A DNA stretch of 64,000 bases, taken from the NCBI GenBank assembly GCA_965178125.1, contig OZ237763.1:186001-250000 (forward strand), read 5' to 3'. This document shows positions 1-13,103 of this stretch, piece by piece (position 1 is the stretch's first letter; every line of letters begins with the position of its first letter). The position numbers and the translations under genes are program-made. This DNA is from Bilabrum cf. latius (Eukaryota). The notes beneath the pieces were generated by a model. The model was not told the origin of the DNA and did no database searches. It saw nothing but the letters and a program-made list of their open reading frames with translations.

Positions 1-3000
1 ACGTCCGCTGACATCGACTGCAACCTGCGGGGACGATTTGTCTTTGTAGCCATGAGGTCAGCGTCTATCACCTTGTGCGAAGTGAAGGTGTTCGCGAACA
101 AGATGCTGGACAGCCCTTCGGCCAGGTACGCCCACACGGCCGTCACCACGCGCGGCAGCATGTTCCTGTTCGGCGGTGTGAACGACGCTGGCACCGCCCT
201 GAGCGATGTGCACGTGTTCGACACCGTGGCTCTCGGCTTCAAGAGCACCCTCGAGCTGGTGGGCGATGCGCCTCAGGCACGCGTGGGGGCCCGTCTGCAG
301 CAGCTGGCGGGTGGCAACCAGCTGGTGCTGTTCGGTGGTAGGGCAGGGGCGGCTTCTGGCTCGGATGTCATGGCCGACCTTCGCTTGATCGAGATGGATG
401 AGTGCAGGAACGTGGACACCACGGGCGTGTCTTCTGTGAACGACTTCCGCGGGGCCAAGTACTACACGTGCGACTCGGCGCAAGAGTTCACGGAGCGCAA
501 CCCGGTGCAGGGTGACCCTGTGGTGTGTTCCCCCGAGGGCCAGCTGCAGGGCCGCACCCCGGTGTGCCAGGCAGAGCCCCCTGAGGCGCCCAGGACCGTG
601 ACGGCTGTGACGGGGCGGGAGCAGGCCACGGTGCGCTGGCAGTTCCCCGCCGGTGCAGACACGGGGTACTACTCTAGTCTGACTGGGTTCAAGGTGCGGT
701 CCTTGCCGCAGGCCTTCGTGGAGACGTTCGACAACCCCTCTCTGGCCAACGGATGGACCTTTGTGACGAACGGGAGGTCTGATTCTGCCTTCCAGCAGGT
801 GATCGAGCCGGACGGGAATGGCGTGCTGGTGATGCGGGGTGGCAACCAGATCAACTGCTGGACCTCTGCCCAACGCGACTGTCCCATTCTGTACCGGGAG
901 CACTTCCCGCTTGGGCTGACCGACGAGGAGGGCACGAACGGGTGGATGGAAGAGAACGACTGGGCCATCGAGGTGTGGGTCAACATGGAGGCTGGGTACA
1001 TCGGCGATGCTCGTATTGGTGGCATCATGTTCTACGAGCTCAACGATGACATGCACAAGCTTTACTACGGGGTTAGGCGCATCGATGGAGGATTCCAAAT
1101 CAATCTGGAGAAGGACGGCGAAGGGTATAGGTCTCACTGGAACAGCTAGTATGGTGCCTGGCTGCGTGCCGAGCGGACGGGCTCTAGTCGTGTGATCGAC
1201 TTCACCTACAAGACGTGCTCCCAGGGCGAGACCCGCAGGGAGTGCTACGAGAACCGCGGCTGGAGGCAGTTCTGGACCCAGTTCCCAGAGGGCTGGCTCA
1301 GGAACGGGGCCATGCAGAACGTGCGCGTGGGTCTCTTCATCAAGTCGTGGACAAACGGCGAGACCCGCTTCCGCTTCGACGACTTCACTCTCAAGATCAG
1401 GGACTGCACCACGCCGGGTCCCACTCGATTCATCTCTGCAGCCGACGCCACGACGTCCACAGCTGGCAATTACGAGGCGCTGATCCCCGGGCTGTCCCCG
1501 GACACTTCCTACCGGTTCGATGTGGCGGCAGGATCCTAGGCGGGCTTCGGCCCCGAAGCGGACCCCTCGAGGGCTGTGCGGGTGACCGCCCAGGCTGTGA
1601 ACGACGTCCAGGTCGGCAGGCTCAAGCCGGTGGCCAGCAACGGACAGGCGCACGGTGGGTGGCCACCTCGCGCAACCGACACGAACTACAACCTGTACCA
1701 CGACGGCTGGCGCTGCACGCATTCTGACTGGCGCTGGGGCCCGTGGATCCGCATCGATCTGCAGAAGCAGGAGTTTGTTACCCGTGTGGACGTGGCTGGA
1801 CGGCTTGATGGTAGCAGGGACCGCCTGAACGGATTCCGGGTGTACATCGGCGACAGCGCAGGCAGCCCCACCCAGAACACCCAGTGCGAGGTGGACTATC
1901 CCTGGAACGCGCCTCAAATAATGACCTACGTGCCTGTCAACTGCAACCTGCCTGGCCGGTATGTGTTTATTACTAGACAGGACTGGACCTACCTTACTAT
2001 ATGCGACACGCGCATCTTCGCCCTGGACGGCTGCGACACCAGGGAGACAGACGATGCTACCGAGACAGCTGGATCTGTGTGCAACGGTGCACGCACCGGT
2101 GACCAGTGCACCCTGTCCTGCGATGTTGGGTACTCGGCAGCTGCAGGTGCCTCGTCTGCTGTGTGCCGCAAGGGTGCATGGTCCGCCCCTGACCTGGTCT
2201 GCTCGCAGCAGTGCCCCGCCCGGCCTGCCCCTGCCGGTGCCGCGACGTGCCTGCAGACGGTGATCAAGGAGGACTTCTCGATCTCGGACAGGGCCCAGCC
2301 CCGCTTCATGAGCATCGCCGAGGACACGTCCCCCAGCGACAAGCACATCTTCGCCATCGACAGCATGCTGGTGCTTGCGCCCAGCAGGCAGGGGTGCTAG
2401 GGGAACGCAGACCTCATCGGCGCCTTCTACGGAGAGACGCAGGGCGTTGTGGCCATGGTCACGGACCCAGACCCGCGCTCCATCAGCGATGGCTTCCACC
2501 AGATCCGCACTCGACTGAGGATGGAGCCCAAGGAGGCCCGAGGCCAGGCCGGTATCGTGTTCCGGTCGGCTGATTCATCCACGTACTACCAGGCCATGGT
2601 GTCCACAGTGCCCGCCACGCAGCTGGGTGGAGCTACTGTGACCGGCAACACCGAATCCAGCGGCAGCCCGCAGCGCATCGTGCTGCAGCGCAGCGGCACC
2701 GGCGTGGTGCTGGGCGAGGGCGCGCTGACTCTGGCTTCTGGCGAGTGGCACGATGTGGTGGTGAAGCTGGACGGGCGGAAGTTCTCGCTGGAGATCAACG
2801 GGGCCGTGGTAGTGGAGGTGGAGGACTCCACCATCCCTTCGGGCGATGTGGGCGTGTTCGTGTCCCCTGGCGAGGCCCAGGCTCTGTTCGACGATTTTGA
2901 GGTGGAGAAATCGTGCGCTGTCACGGGAGGTGACACTGTCTCGGGATGCCGCGGCACTACCCACCAGGACACGTGCAAACTCAACTGCAGGACCGGGTTT

Positions 3001-6000
3001 GACCTGGTGTCGCCCGCTGGCGGCATCGAGGGCACTGGCGACAGCGCGCTGGCCGTGGACACGTGCCGCCTGAACGGCACGTGGACGCTGTCCACTGCCC
3101 CCACGTGCCTCATCCGCCCGCCCCGCCTGGACAACCAGACCCGCTCCATCGACGAGAACTCGCCCCGAAACACGCCCATCGGTGATCCGCTCACGGCAGA
3201 GCTGGACGCAACCGACGAGCAGCTTGAGTACTCGATCGTGGGCGGCAACGACGGCGACACGTTCAAGATTGGGCTGTGCGACGGGCAGCTGAGTGTGAGG
3301 GATCCAACGCTGCTGGACTACGAGAGCAGGCAGGTGTTCGACCTGGTTGTGCGGGTGGGCGTGAACGGCTTCCCCGGCTCGCACATCGATGTGGGCGTGA
3401 CTGTGGACATCTTGGATGTGAACGAGCCCCCGAGCCTGCCTCCAGGGTCGCGCATCTTCACTGACGAGAACCTGGGCAACGGCAGTTCCGTGGGTGTGTC
3501 GCTGGCCACCATTGCCACTGACCCCGAGAACGACCCCCTGACCTTCCGCCTCGCATTCGACGAGTCCCAGCGGCTAGGCATCACGGCAGCTGGCCAGATG
3601 TTCATGAAGCTGGACAGCAACGACATGCCCTTCAACTTCGAGGCCAAGGACGGCGGGCTGAGCGCCCCCGAGTTCCTGGCTATCATTGAGATCAGGGACA
3701 TCGCAGACAACCGTGTGGAGGAGCTGCTTCGTGTGGAGGTGCGGGATGTGAACGATGCCCCCGTGATCGCAGTGGACCAGGTTCTCATCGTGGACGAGTT
3801 CGGTGCTGTGCTACGCACGGGTGCAGGCACCCAGTTCAACACCTTCTCTCCTGATCCCGAGGTGCAGGACGAGGACAACGGCATGTGGCGGGTGGCTCTC
3901 ACGTACAGCCTGGCCACCTCTGGCAACATCACGACAGCCACCGGCATGACGGCCGGGCCGCTGACGGACGGCTCCTCGAACCTGTTCGCGATTGACTCGG
4001 CCACGGGCAAGATCACGGTGGAGAACAAGCCCACGCCTCGGGACTGGAGCAACTCGGGCGAGTTCAGGCCCTTCCTGTCAGACGTGGTGCCGGGAGGAGC
4101 CCTGGTGCGAGCTGTGTATCACGCTCACCTGTCCGTGACGGACGGCAACCTGACGGACACTAAGCCAGTAGCTCTGGTGGTGCGGGCCAACCTGACCGAT
4201 ACGCCCATCATCGACTCTTTTACTTGCGAGCAGCTGCCCGTGATCGCCACCCAGGCCGTGGACTGCAACTTCACGGGCCAGTACCTCGGCAGCGTGAGCT
4301 CCACGTACAGGGTGCACTTCAACCGCACTGACCCAGCCACTGGCATGGAGCAGAAGGTGGAGATGTAGAACTGCAGGCCCGGTCACATGCCCGATGAGTA
4401 CTTCACGTGCACCACCCCAGGTGACGGCATGGGATACGGTCGTGGGTTTGCCCCCTTCGCCATCGTGGACTCGGATGTGGCCATCATCGCCACTTCGCAG
4501 TCATTCGATTATGCCGACCCTGAAATCTCCATGGTATACCCCAGCGCATTCCAGCTAGCCACTGAAGGTGGTACTGTGATCAGTATCTCTGGCACTAACC
4601 TCGGGCCCGTGGGCAAGCGCCGGCTGTTCTACCAGCGGCCGTCTGGGTCAGCCGATGGACAGGCCCGGTTCGAGTGCCAGTCGACCACGCTCCCTGCAGG
4701 TGCCGAGCCGCAGCACAACTTCACTTGCGCGAGCGTGGAGGGCTCTGGCGCCAATCTGCACTGGGCGCTGGTGATCAACGGCGAGATGGGCTACTCCTCG
4801 CTGTCGGGACCATTCGTGGGCGACACGCCTCCAGAGCCCGTCATGGCGTCCCAGCAGCCTGCTGACTTGGTTTCTTCGATTCCGTTCAGCTATGCCCGGC
4901 CCCATGTTACGAGCGTGCAGGGACTGCAGGGCGTCAACAAGGACATGCTGTCTGGAGCAGGAGGACAGACCGTGCGCATCACTGGAGCCAACCTGGGCCC
5001 CGCCTCGGCTGCTGTCACCGTCATGTACAGGCTGTCATCGGTGTCTCCCTCGCTGGGCACCACCACGGATGGGATGGATGAGTACGAGCACACGATGGAG
5101 TCCTGCTCCAAGCCGTTCGCCACGACCCAGCAGGCTCACACCGTAATCGACTGCGAAGTGGCACCTGGCGTGGGTGCGGGCCACGAGATCATCGTGGAGG
5201 TGGACGGTGTTCGCAGCAACGATGTGACTGACTACCAGGGGCCAGAAGGCGTGTCTCAGATTCCGGCTGACAACCGCCTCATGTCGTACGCCCCGCCCAT
5301 GCTGACTACCGTGCGGAACGGCGAGGATGTGGACACCCGTGGCGGGCGACAGGTGCAGCTGGAGGGATCTGGCTTCGGGCCCGCCTTCTTGGCCACTCTG
5401 GGCTCCATCACTGAGGTGAGGTATGGCCCACCCAACTCGTCTCTGCGGTACGTGGCATCGGATTGCCGCGTGGACAGTGACTCGAGGATGCAGTGCGTGA
5501 TGGTGCCGGGCACTGGCACCATGCTGGAGTTCCGCGTGGTCATGGCCAACCTCGGTTCCAACTTGCACGAGAGCAATGCTTCGTACGCTGCGCCCACGAT
5601 CTCTCGATTCGAGGGCCCCGGTGCTGCTGATGCCGACACCCCGGGTGGGGAGCCGGTGACGGTCTACGGCCGCAACTTTGGTCCGACCGTGCCTGAGTCT
5701 GTGTTTGCCTCTCGCATCCTGGTGGAGTACACTGTGTCTCTGGACAACGGGCCCGAGGACGAGGTCACCTTCGAGGCCAGCGGGTGCAGGCTGGTGACTG
5801 CGCACGAGGCCATCATGTGCGACACCGCCCCTGGTGCGGGTCGCGCCCTCCGCTGGAGCATCCTGCTGGACGGGCAGCGGTCCACAAACCCCACGACTGC
5901 CTACGCCATGCCGGAGGTGCACGCAGTGTGGAGGGTTGGCGAGGAGTGGTCTCCGGTGGTCGACGCAGACCCGAACGGTGGGGAGCGGCTGTGGATCGTG

Positions 6001-9000
6001 GGTGAGCAGTTTGGGCCCCCGGAGCTGACATTTGGCGCTAACTCGCTGACTCTGCTGCAGGGCCTAACGTTTGGCCAGCAGGGTGGCCAGTACGAGGTGC
6101 GCCGGACTCTCTTCACGCACGTCAACCACACGCATCTCCAGGTGACGCTGCCCCCTGCCTCTGGCAAGAGGCACTGGTTCCGTATCATGGTGGCAGACCA
6201 GGCCTCTCCTCAACCAACCGAGGATGACGCCTTCTTCGACTTCGCATCGGCTGAGGTGCTTCAGGTCACGCCTGCCATGGCCGACACCTACTCGCCAGTA
6301 GACAACCCCACGCAGATCGAGCTGCTGACCAGGAATGTGCCTCTGGCAGACCCGCTCAACCGCGTGATGGTGAACTTTGGCTCGGACCGCATCGCGCCGT
6401 CCTCCGTGGAGATCGACAGCGGCAACTCGAGGCAGCAGCGCGTGCGCTTCCCCTTGCCAGTGCATGGAGCCGGCCGCGCCATTCCAGTGCAGGTGGGCCT
6501 CGCCCCCGTGTCGCAGTCCGAGACTGGGCAGTCCGATACGTAGGCCAGCGCCACCATCAACCCCGACTCGCTGTCCGAGATCACGCTCAACTCGATCTTC
6601 TCCTACGAGGACCCCACCCTGGACCGGGCTGTGGTGACCAGGCCTGCGTGGCTGGAGCCAGGCTACGTGGCGCCCAATGTGAACTCCTCAAGCACTGGCG
6701 AGGTCGACTCGGAGCAGGAGCGCATCTGCCCCTTCAGCGCTGGTGACCCGTTCACGTGCGACCAGCAGGACGTGGTGCAGGTGAAGGTGTTCGGCACCAA
6801 CCTGGGACACCCACAGGCCAATCGAGCGGTGAGCTCTGGTCGGTTCGTGCGTTTGTCTGTGGCTCTGGAGCCAGCTCTGCTGGGCAAGCCTGTGTACATG
6901 CGAGACTGGCACCACGACAGGCTGCTGATGTACACGAGCGAGCAGTCGGCCCGCGTGATCCTGTCCATCGAGTCACAGGCGTGGCCCTCGGGGCAGTCGG
7001 TGCAGACAGACAACATCGAGTACCTTGACCTGGCCCCCTACGTGTCTGGGCTGGAGGGCAACATCGACAACGTGCCTACCCGTGGGCACCCAGTGGACAA
7101 CTCCATGGGCCCTGGGCAGAACGGCATCACCATGCGGGTGAGTGGGCTGCAGTTCGTCACCAACCTGAGAGTGCTGGCGAAGGGTGCCACCGCGGCTGAT
7201 GCCACGCCTTGCCGTGTGTGGGACCCCGTTAACAGCGTGTGGATGTCTGCAAGCGAGAACCCAGCAGTGATCCGTTAGAGGGTGCTTGACTCGCAGACCG
7301 GTGTTGGTCCCGGGGAGGCCTACGTGGTGAGCTTCCTGGCGCCTCCTGGGGAGGGCAGCGACCAGTCCATCTGGATCGACAGGGACGGAACTTTCTCCGC
7401 TGGTGATTCCAAGTACTCGTATGCCCCGCCTGTCGCTGTGATGGTGGACGTGTGGGCGGCTGACCCTGCACGGATCGCCAACTACAACGCACGGCGAGAT
7501 GCGTCCAACTGGCGCACGGTGGTGACTGGCGCAGACCAGGCCTCCGAGGGCCGCTGGCTCGAGATCCCCACGCTGGGAGGGTACCTCCGCGTGCGTGGCG
7601 CCAACTTGGGAGAGTGCGCGTATGTTGAGGCAGCTGAGGCGCAAGACGGCGGCCTGATCGGCGGGTACACGTGCGGCGCAAACGGTATTATAACGTATGG
7701 CCACCCATCGGGCAGCGTGATTGACGCGAGTGCGAGGCACAATTGCGCCCCCTAGGGCGTGCTCGAGTCGGACTCCAATGGGCTGCAGGACTCGCTGCAT
7801 GACTGCTTCATCACGGCCGTGCCCATGGGCGAGGGCGATGGTCTCTACTACGGCGATGCCCAGCCCTACTCCCTCCGTGTGATGGTGGGCGACCAGTCGC
7901 TGCACCTGGCGCAGCGAGCCGCTGACGTGGCACAGGCCCTCGGCACCACGATCACCAACCTGGACCAGCAGGCTGCCTCCCAGGCCAATGCGCTGGAGAA
8001 CTCAAGGGACACCAACGCGCTCGTGACTGCCATGCGCGGCAACGCGCAGCTGGTCCGCCGGGACGTGCCTCTGAGGTACCAGTCCCCTAAGGTGCTGGGC
8101 GTGTCGGCGCAGCCCTCCGGCACCGTGCCCACCAAGGGCGGCTCCACGCTGACCGTTTCTGGAACCAACTTCGGCACCACTATCCCTGGTCGTGAAGTGC
8201 CGTCTTCCGTGAACGGATCCACTGCCGAGCCTCTGGTCAAGGTCGAGATCGGCCTGCCCACGGGGCTGTCCTCCAGCTCTCGCAGGCTGCAGGGGGCGCA
8301 GTACGCATACGTGGAGTGCTCCGGAGCCACGCGTCTGAGCCAGGACCAGGTGCGCTGCACGCTGCCCGAGGGCTTCGGCGAGAACCTGCCTGTGCGCGTG
8401 ACGGTCGCTGGACAGGTGGGTGACCCCATGGCTGCGGCCTTGTCGTACGACGGACCCGAGGTCACTGGACTGGCTCTGCATGGTGTGGATCCTGTCATGG
8501 ACCCCGCCTTCAGCAACCCGGAAGTGCTCAACCAGCTGGATCCCACCGGCGTGCTGCAGCGCGATGCAGTCCCGCTTGCAGCTTTGCCGTCGCCGCTGGT
8601 TGACACCGGTGCGATGATGGTGGGCGGGCCGGTTGTGGAGGTGACGTCCACCGGGGGCATCATGCTGGCCAACCTGCCGTCAGGGGGTGGGTACAACGTG
8701 ACGATCCTGGGCAGGAACTTCGGGCGCCGTGGGCTGCTCCCATCTGGTGGTTCCAGCCAGACGTACGAGCTGTGCGTGTTCACTGCTTGGACCTACCGGC
8801 GTCGTGCGCAGGAGCTGCGCTGTGACGGCCTCGAGTCGTTCCAGGGCGAGGGCGAGGTGGCACAGCACATGGTGTTCGTGCATGAGCACGAGGCCATCAC
8901 GTTCCAGGTACCGCCGGCCGTGCTGCAGAGAGACATTGAGCTCTCTGTTGGCGGGCGCTTGCTCAACATCGACATAGACGCCGACAACCATCCCCGCCTG

Positions 9001-12000
9001 CGGTACGCTGCACCCATCCTCGAGTCGCTGGCCCCGCAGACAGGCGGCACCGAGGGCGGCTTTGAGGTGACCATCCGGGGCTACCTCTTCGGCCCCACCC
9101 CCAGGAACACCACCCGCACCTCTCAGCAGCTTTCTCTGGGCTACTTCAGCCCCGGCATCTCCATCGATGAGGCCGCCTCGGTCCCGACGGCCTACCTGCG
9201 CGTGACCTTCTTCCGGTCATGCCTCTCTGACGCTCGAACCCTGGTGGGCGGCAGGCCCCTGGGCGTGTACGAAACGGCTTGCCAATACACGATCGAGCAG
9301 CGCAACGAGAACGAAATCGTGCTGCGTGCTCCTGGCGGCATCGGCGTCAACCGGCCCGTGTCTGTGGTGCTGGAGGACGCTGCCCTGAGCGAGGGCCGCG
9401 TGGTCGAGGGCGGAGAGGGCGGTGCCACGACGTTCCCCGATGTGGGAGGTCTGCATGCCGAGTCCAACACGCTTCGCTTCGCCTACCGCCCGCCTCGCAT
9501 CGACCGGGTTGTGCCCCAGCAGCTGCGCATGTCTCCTCCTGGCGAGCTCGGCAACTACTGGAATGCGCTCAGGGATGCGCGCGATTTATCAGCCGCAGCT
9601 GACGGCGAGGGCGTGATCGGCAATGCAATCATCATCAACGAGCAGACGCAGCGGCCACTGACCGACCTGCTCCACAACTGGGGCTCCAGCATGGAGGAGA
9701 GGCGGAGCCAGCAGGCAACTGTAAACAACACTTACTGGCTGCCCGACTCCGCCCCGAGGCGCACCGTGGCCCTGTATGGGTACAACTACGGTGACCCCGA
9801 GCTGGCTGACAGGCAGGGGTGGACCGCGCAGGAGCGACTGGTTGTGGGCGCCGTGGCTGGTGTCAAGTGCGTGTAGGTCTCCCGCGTGCCTGGGGCTTTC
9901 CCCCGCAGTGGGGACCCGCTGGGAGAGACCACCCGGCAGATCGACTGCACGGTGCCTCACATGACTGTAGGCTTCAAGAACGTGTCGCTGCAGGTAGCGG
10001 GGCAGAGTGGCTTCGTGCCGGCTGCACCCCCGCTCGATGGCGTGTTCCTCGCGTGTGATGATGGCGCATTCGGCGTGGAAGGCGAGCATTGCGTGCCGTG
10101 CCCGCTGGGTGCCGACTGCCAGGGCTACGACGACTCGAGGCGGGTGCACACCATGCCTGTGCCGCAGGCCGGGTGGTACAACCTCAACTCTTCCGATTCT
10201 GTCACGGCCGGCATGGCCGATGCGTGCCCTGCATCCAACCGAGTGCCTGGCCGTGACGTGTGCATCGTCAAGTGCGAGCCTGACTTCGCGTGCGTCGGTG
10301 ACAACCAGTGCGCTGCTGCCTACAAGTCCGAAGCACCGTCGTTCCGATGCGGCAGCTGCGCAGACGGCTACTACAGGCAGGCGGGCCAGTGCGTTGAGTG
10401 CCCGGACAACCCGTGGATCCTCATGGCCGCATTCGGTGTTCTTGTGCTGTGTGGCGCGTTCGGTGCGTACTGGATCAACAAGCGTGACATCAACGTGGCG
10501 CTGGCTGCGTCGGGTATCGACTACCTGCAGTCACTGGCCATCTTCGCATCGGCGCGCGTGTCATGGCCCCCCATGATCCGGGAGATGCTTCACGTGCTGT
10601 CTGCCTTCAACCTCAACCTCGAGATTACTGCCCCCGAGTGCATCGTGCCTGACCTGGGGTACATCACCAAGTGGGCCTTCCTCATGCTGGTGCCCGCTGC
10701 TGTGATGGTGCTGTTCGGCGTGTTCTTCGTGGTCTACTTCCTGTACACGTGGTGCGTGAAGGGTCACGGCTTCAAGAACTCTGCCGACCACCTGGACATG
10801 CTCATCAAGGCGGTCTGCGTGATGTTCTACGTGCTGTATCTCAACCTGGCGCGCCTCACTGCCGACGCTCTCAACTGCACGCCCACTGACCCGCCAGAGT
10901 ACGACGAGGACGGGAACGTGATCCGCTACTTCCAGGCCGTGTTCGAGCCGTGCAACAAGCCGGGCGGCGTCTACCGCACGCTGCTTCCGTTCACGATCCT
11001 GACCCTGGCCGTGTACGTGATCGGTTTCCCTGCCTGGGCCACGTACATCCTGTTCATGTACCGCAAGGACATCGTGGCGGATCAGCTGCTGCGTGCCAAG
11101 GGCACCGGTGACACCAAGTCGAGCGCCACTGAGGGCTCTTTGCTCATGCGCAAGAGGTACTCGAGGCTGTACATGCAGTTCACGCCCAACTACGTCGCGT
11201 GGGTGCTGGTGATCCTGGCCCGCAAGCTGGGCCTCGCCCTGACGGCTCTCATGTTCGTGCAGAACGCCGCGTTCCAGCTGTCCATGGCTCTGCTGGTGCT
11301 GTTCCTGTCGTACTCGGCCCACGTACACAACAACCCGTATATGTCTCCTGGCGACCGCGACGCCGTGGTGCGTGACCACATCACCCGCCGCGTGGACCCG
11401 TCCTCGCTGCACCACCAGATCTGGACCGACATCCAGCGCATCGAGTCTCGGGGTCGCAAGCGGGCCACGTTCAGCAAGGGTCTGGATGTGACGAACGCAC
11501 GCGCACTGTTCGTGAGTCTGTCTTCCGTGGTGTTCGGGTCTGCCCTGTTCGACTACAACACGGTGGAGGCCGTGCTGCTGTTCAGCGCCATCATGGTGGT
11601 GCTGGCCGGCATCATGTTTGAGTCGGGCCGTCTGGACAGCGACTTCTACCAGAGCCAGCGCGACACGCTGACCATCCTGGTGATCCTCATCGTGGTGAGC
11701 ACGCTCCTCTACTTCGGCACTGTCATAATCCTGGACATTGTGGAGATGTGCAAGAACTCGTCCAACGACGACAAGCAGAAGAAGCTGGCAGTCGGCAAGA
11801 CCAAGGGCGGTGGACAGGGTGACTCCCGGGCGCAGATTTCAGCCAGGGACCCTGAGGCAGGCGGCACCGACAAGATCACCACTGAGAACAACCCGATGAT
11901 GATGCGCCGCCCAGCGGCCTCGAAGGACGGCAGCCAGGCCGGCGCCACGGCAGCTCAGCTGGATGCCTCCACGGAGGGCATCCTGGCCATGGATGCACAA

Positions 12001-12414
12001 CAAGTGCCCGACCTGGCTTCCTGGGAGCTCTTCCGAAATGCGTACGGTGACATGGCGCAGCATGTCGCCTAGCTGCGGGCCGAGAATTCGAGCTTGAAGA
12101 AGGACGCCGCCGGTGCGGAGACCGTCATGTCGGCTCGAAGTGGAGCCATGGGCGGCACTAATGCGTCCGGTGGGAATGTTCGGGTGCGCAACCCTCTGTC
12201 TCAGCGCAAGAGGCGCACCGCATTTGGGCCTCAGTCGTCCTCTGGCAACCCCGGAGATGAGTCAGGATCGGTTGCTGCTGCTGCAGCTGCCGGGAAGCCG
12301 ACTGCTTCGAGCTTGAAGGGTCTGAGGCGGGGATCCAGGCGTGGGTCGAAGCGAGCACTGATGGCCACTTCGCCGTCGAGTGGTGGCGACGCTGCCTTGG
12401 ATGGCTCCTCGTGA
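1..12414 (+). CDS. Giant multidomain surface membrane protein, 5'-partial, at least 4137 aa: F-type lectin, Kelch, sushi, FN3, ConA/LamG-like, cadherin repeats, IPT/TIG repeats, Cys-rich region, multi-pass TM C-terminus
   Basis: Ten ORF-track fragments lie in one frame, joined by 9 TAGs (1147, 1537, 2398, 4366, 6541, 7276, 7753, 9874, 12070); the first other stop is TGA at 12412-12414. Motifs: Kelch MFLFGG/LVLFGG; FN3 LIPGLSPDTSYRFDVAA; cadherin LDYE, DVNEPP, DVNDAP; repeated IPT 'TxGGxxVTIxGxNFG'; multiple hydrophobic helices after about 10410. Confidence 0.9.
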
Positions 12415-13103
12415 AGCTTGCGCTCCGATTGTCGCGGTGCTTGCGTAGAGCTCGGCGAACCTTCCCGGTTTGTCTGGCTAACGTGAGACTCGTGAGTGCT
12501 CGCCAATAAGTGTGGTGCGGTTGCACCTACCTATGGCCTGCTCTACTTTGCTTTGGAATGTTTGGGAGCTCCCACGCGGGGTAGGGAGCTCTGCGGTTTG
12601 CCCAGTCGAGTATGCGGGAAGGCATGCGAAGGTTGCAACACGTAGTGGATGTTCGTCTCGGCTATCTCCTCAAGCGGCTCAAGTGCCAGGAGATGGAGGT
12701 GGGGCATAGCCCCATCTTCTCTTCCGGCATGCCGCACGACGGAGAACACATCCTGGTCGACCATTCGCTGCAGCTACCTTGCGTGTTCCTAACAGCGTCT
12801 CGTGCTGAATTTCATTTGTTATAGTTTAAAGCGCTATATGCTTGACTTGCGACGAGTTATGCTTTTGCTAAATCTCCAATTGTGACACAGTTTCTGTAAG
12901 CAGTCGTGTAATTAATTGAATCAAATTAGGCGCCGAAAGATGGTGCCATCGGCAGCGTCGACAGGATCTCGGTGATTCGTCTCGGCGCAGCCATGTTTTG
13001 TTGCTCCCTGGCCTGCTGAGATGTCTCGACAAAAGCCAACCCCTTGTCCCTCCACTGGCATGATGGCATTGACCGACGCCTGGCGGTCCACAGGATCATA
13101 AAA

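Noticed and set aside
1-12414. Operon of ten separate genes, or tiny introns removing each TAG
   Set aside because: All fragments share one frame, the gaps translate as continuous domain sequence, and there are no consistent GT donors placed to remove the TAGs.
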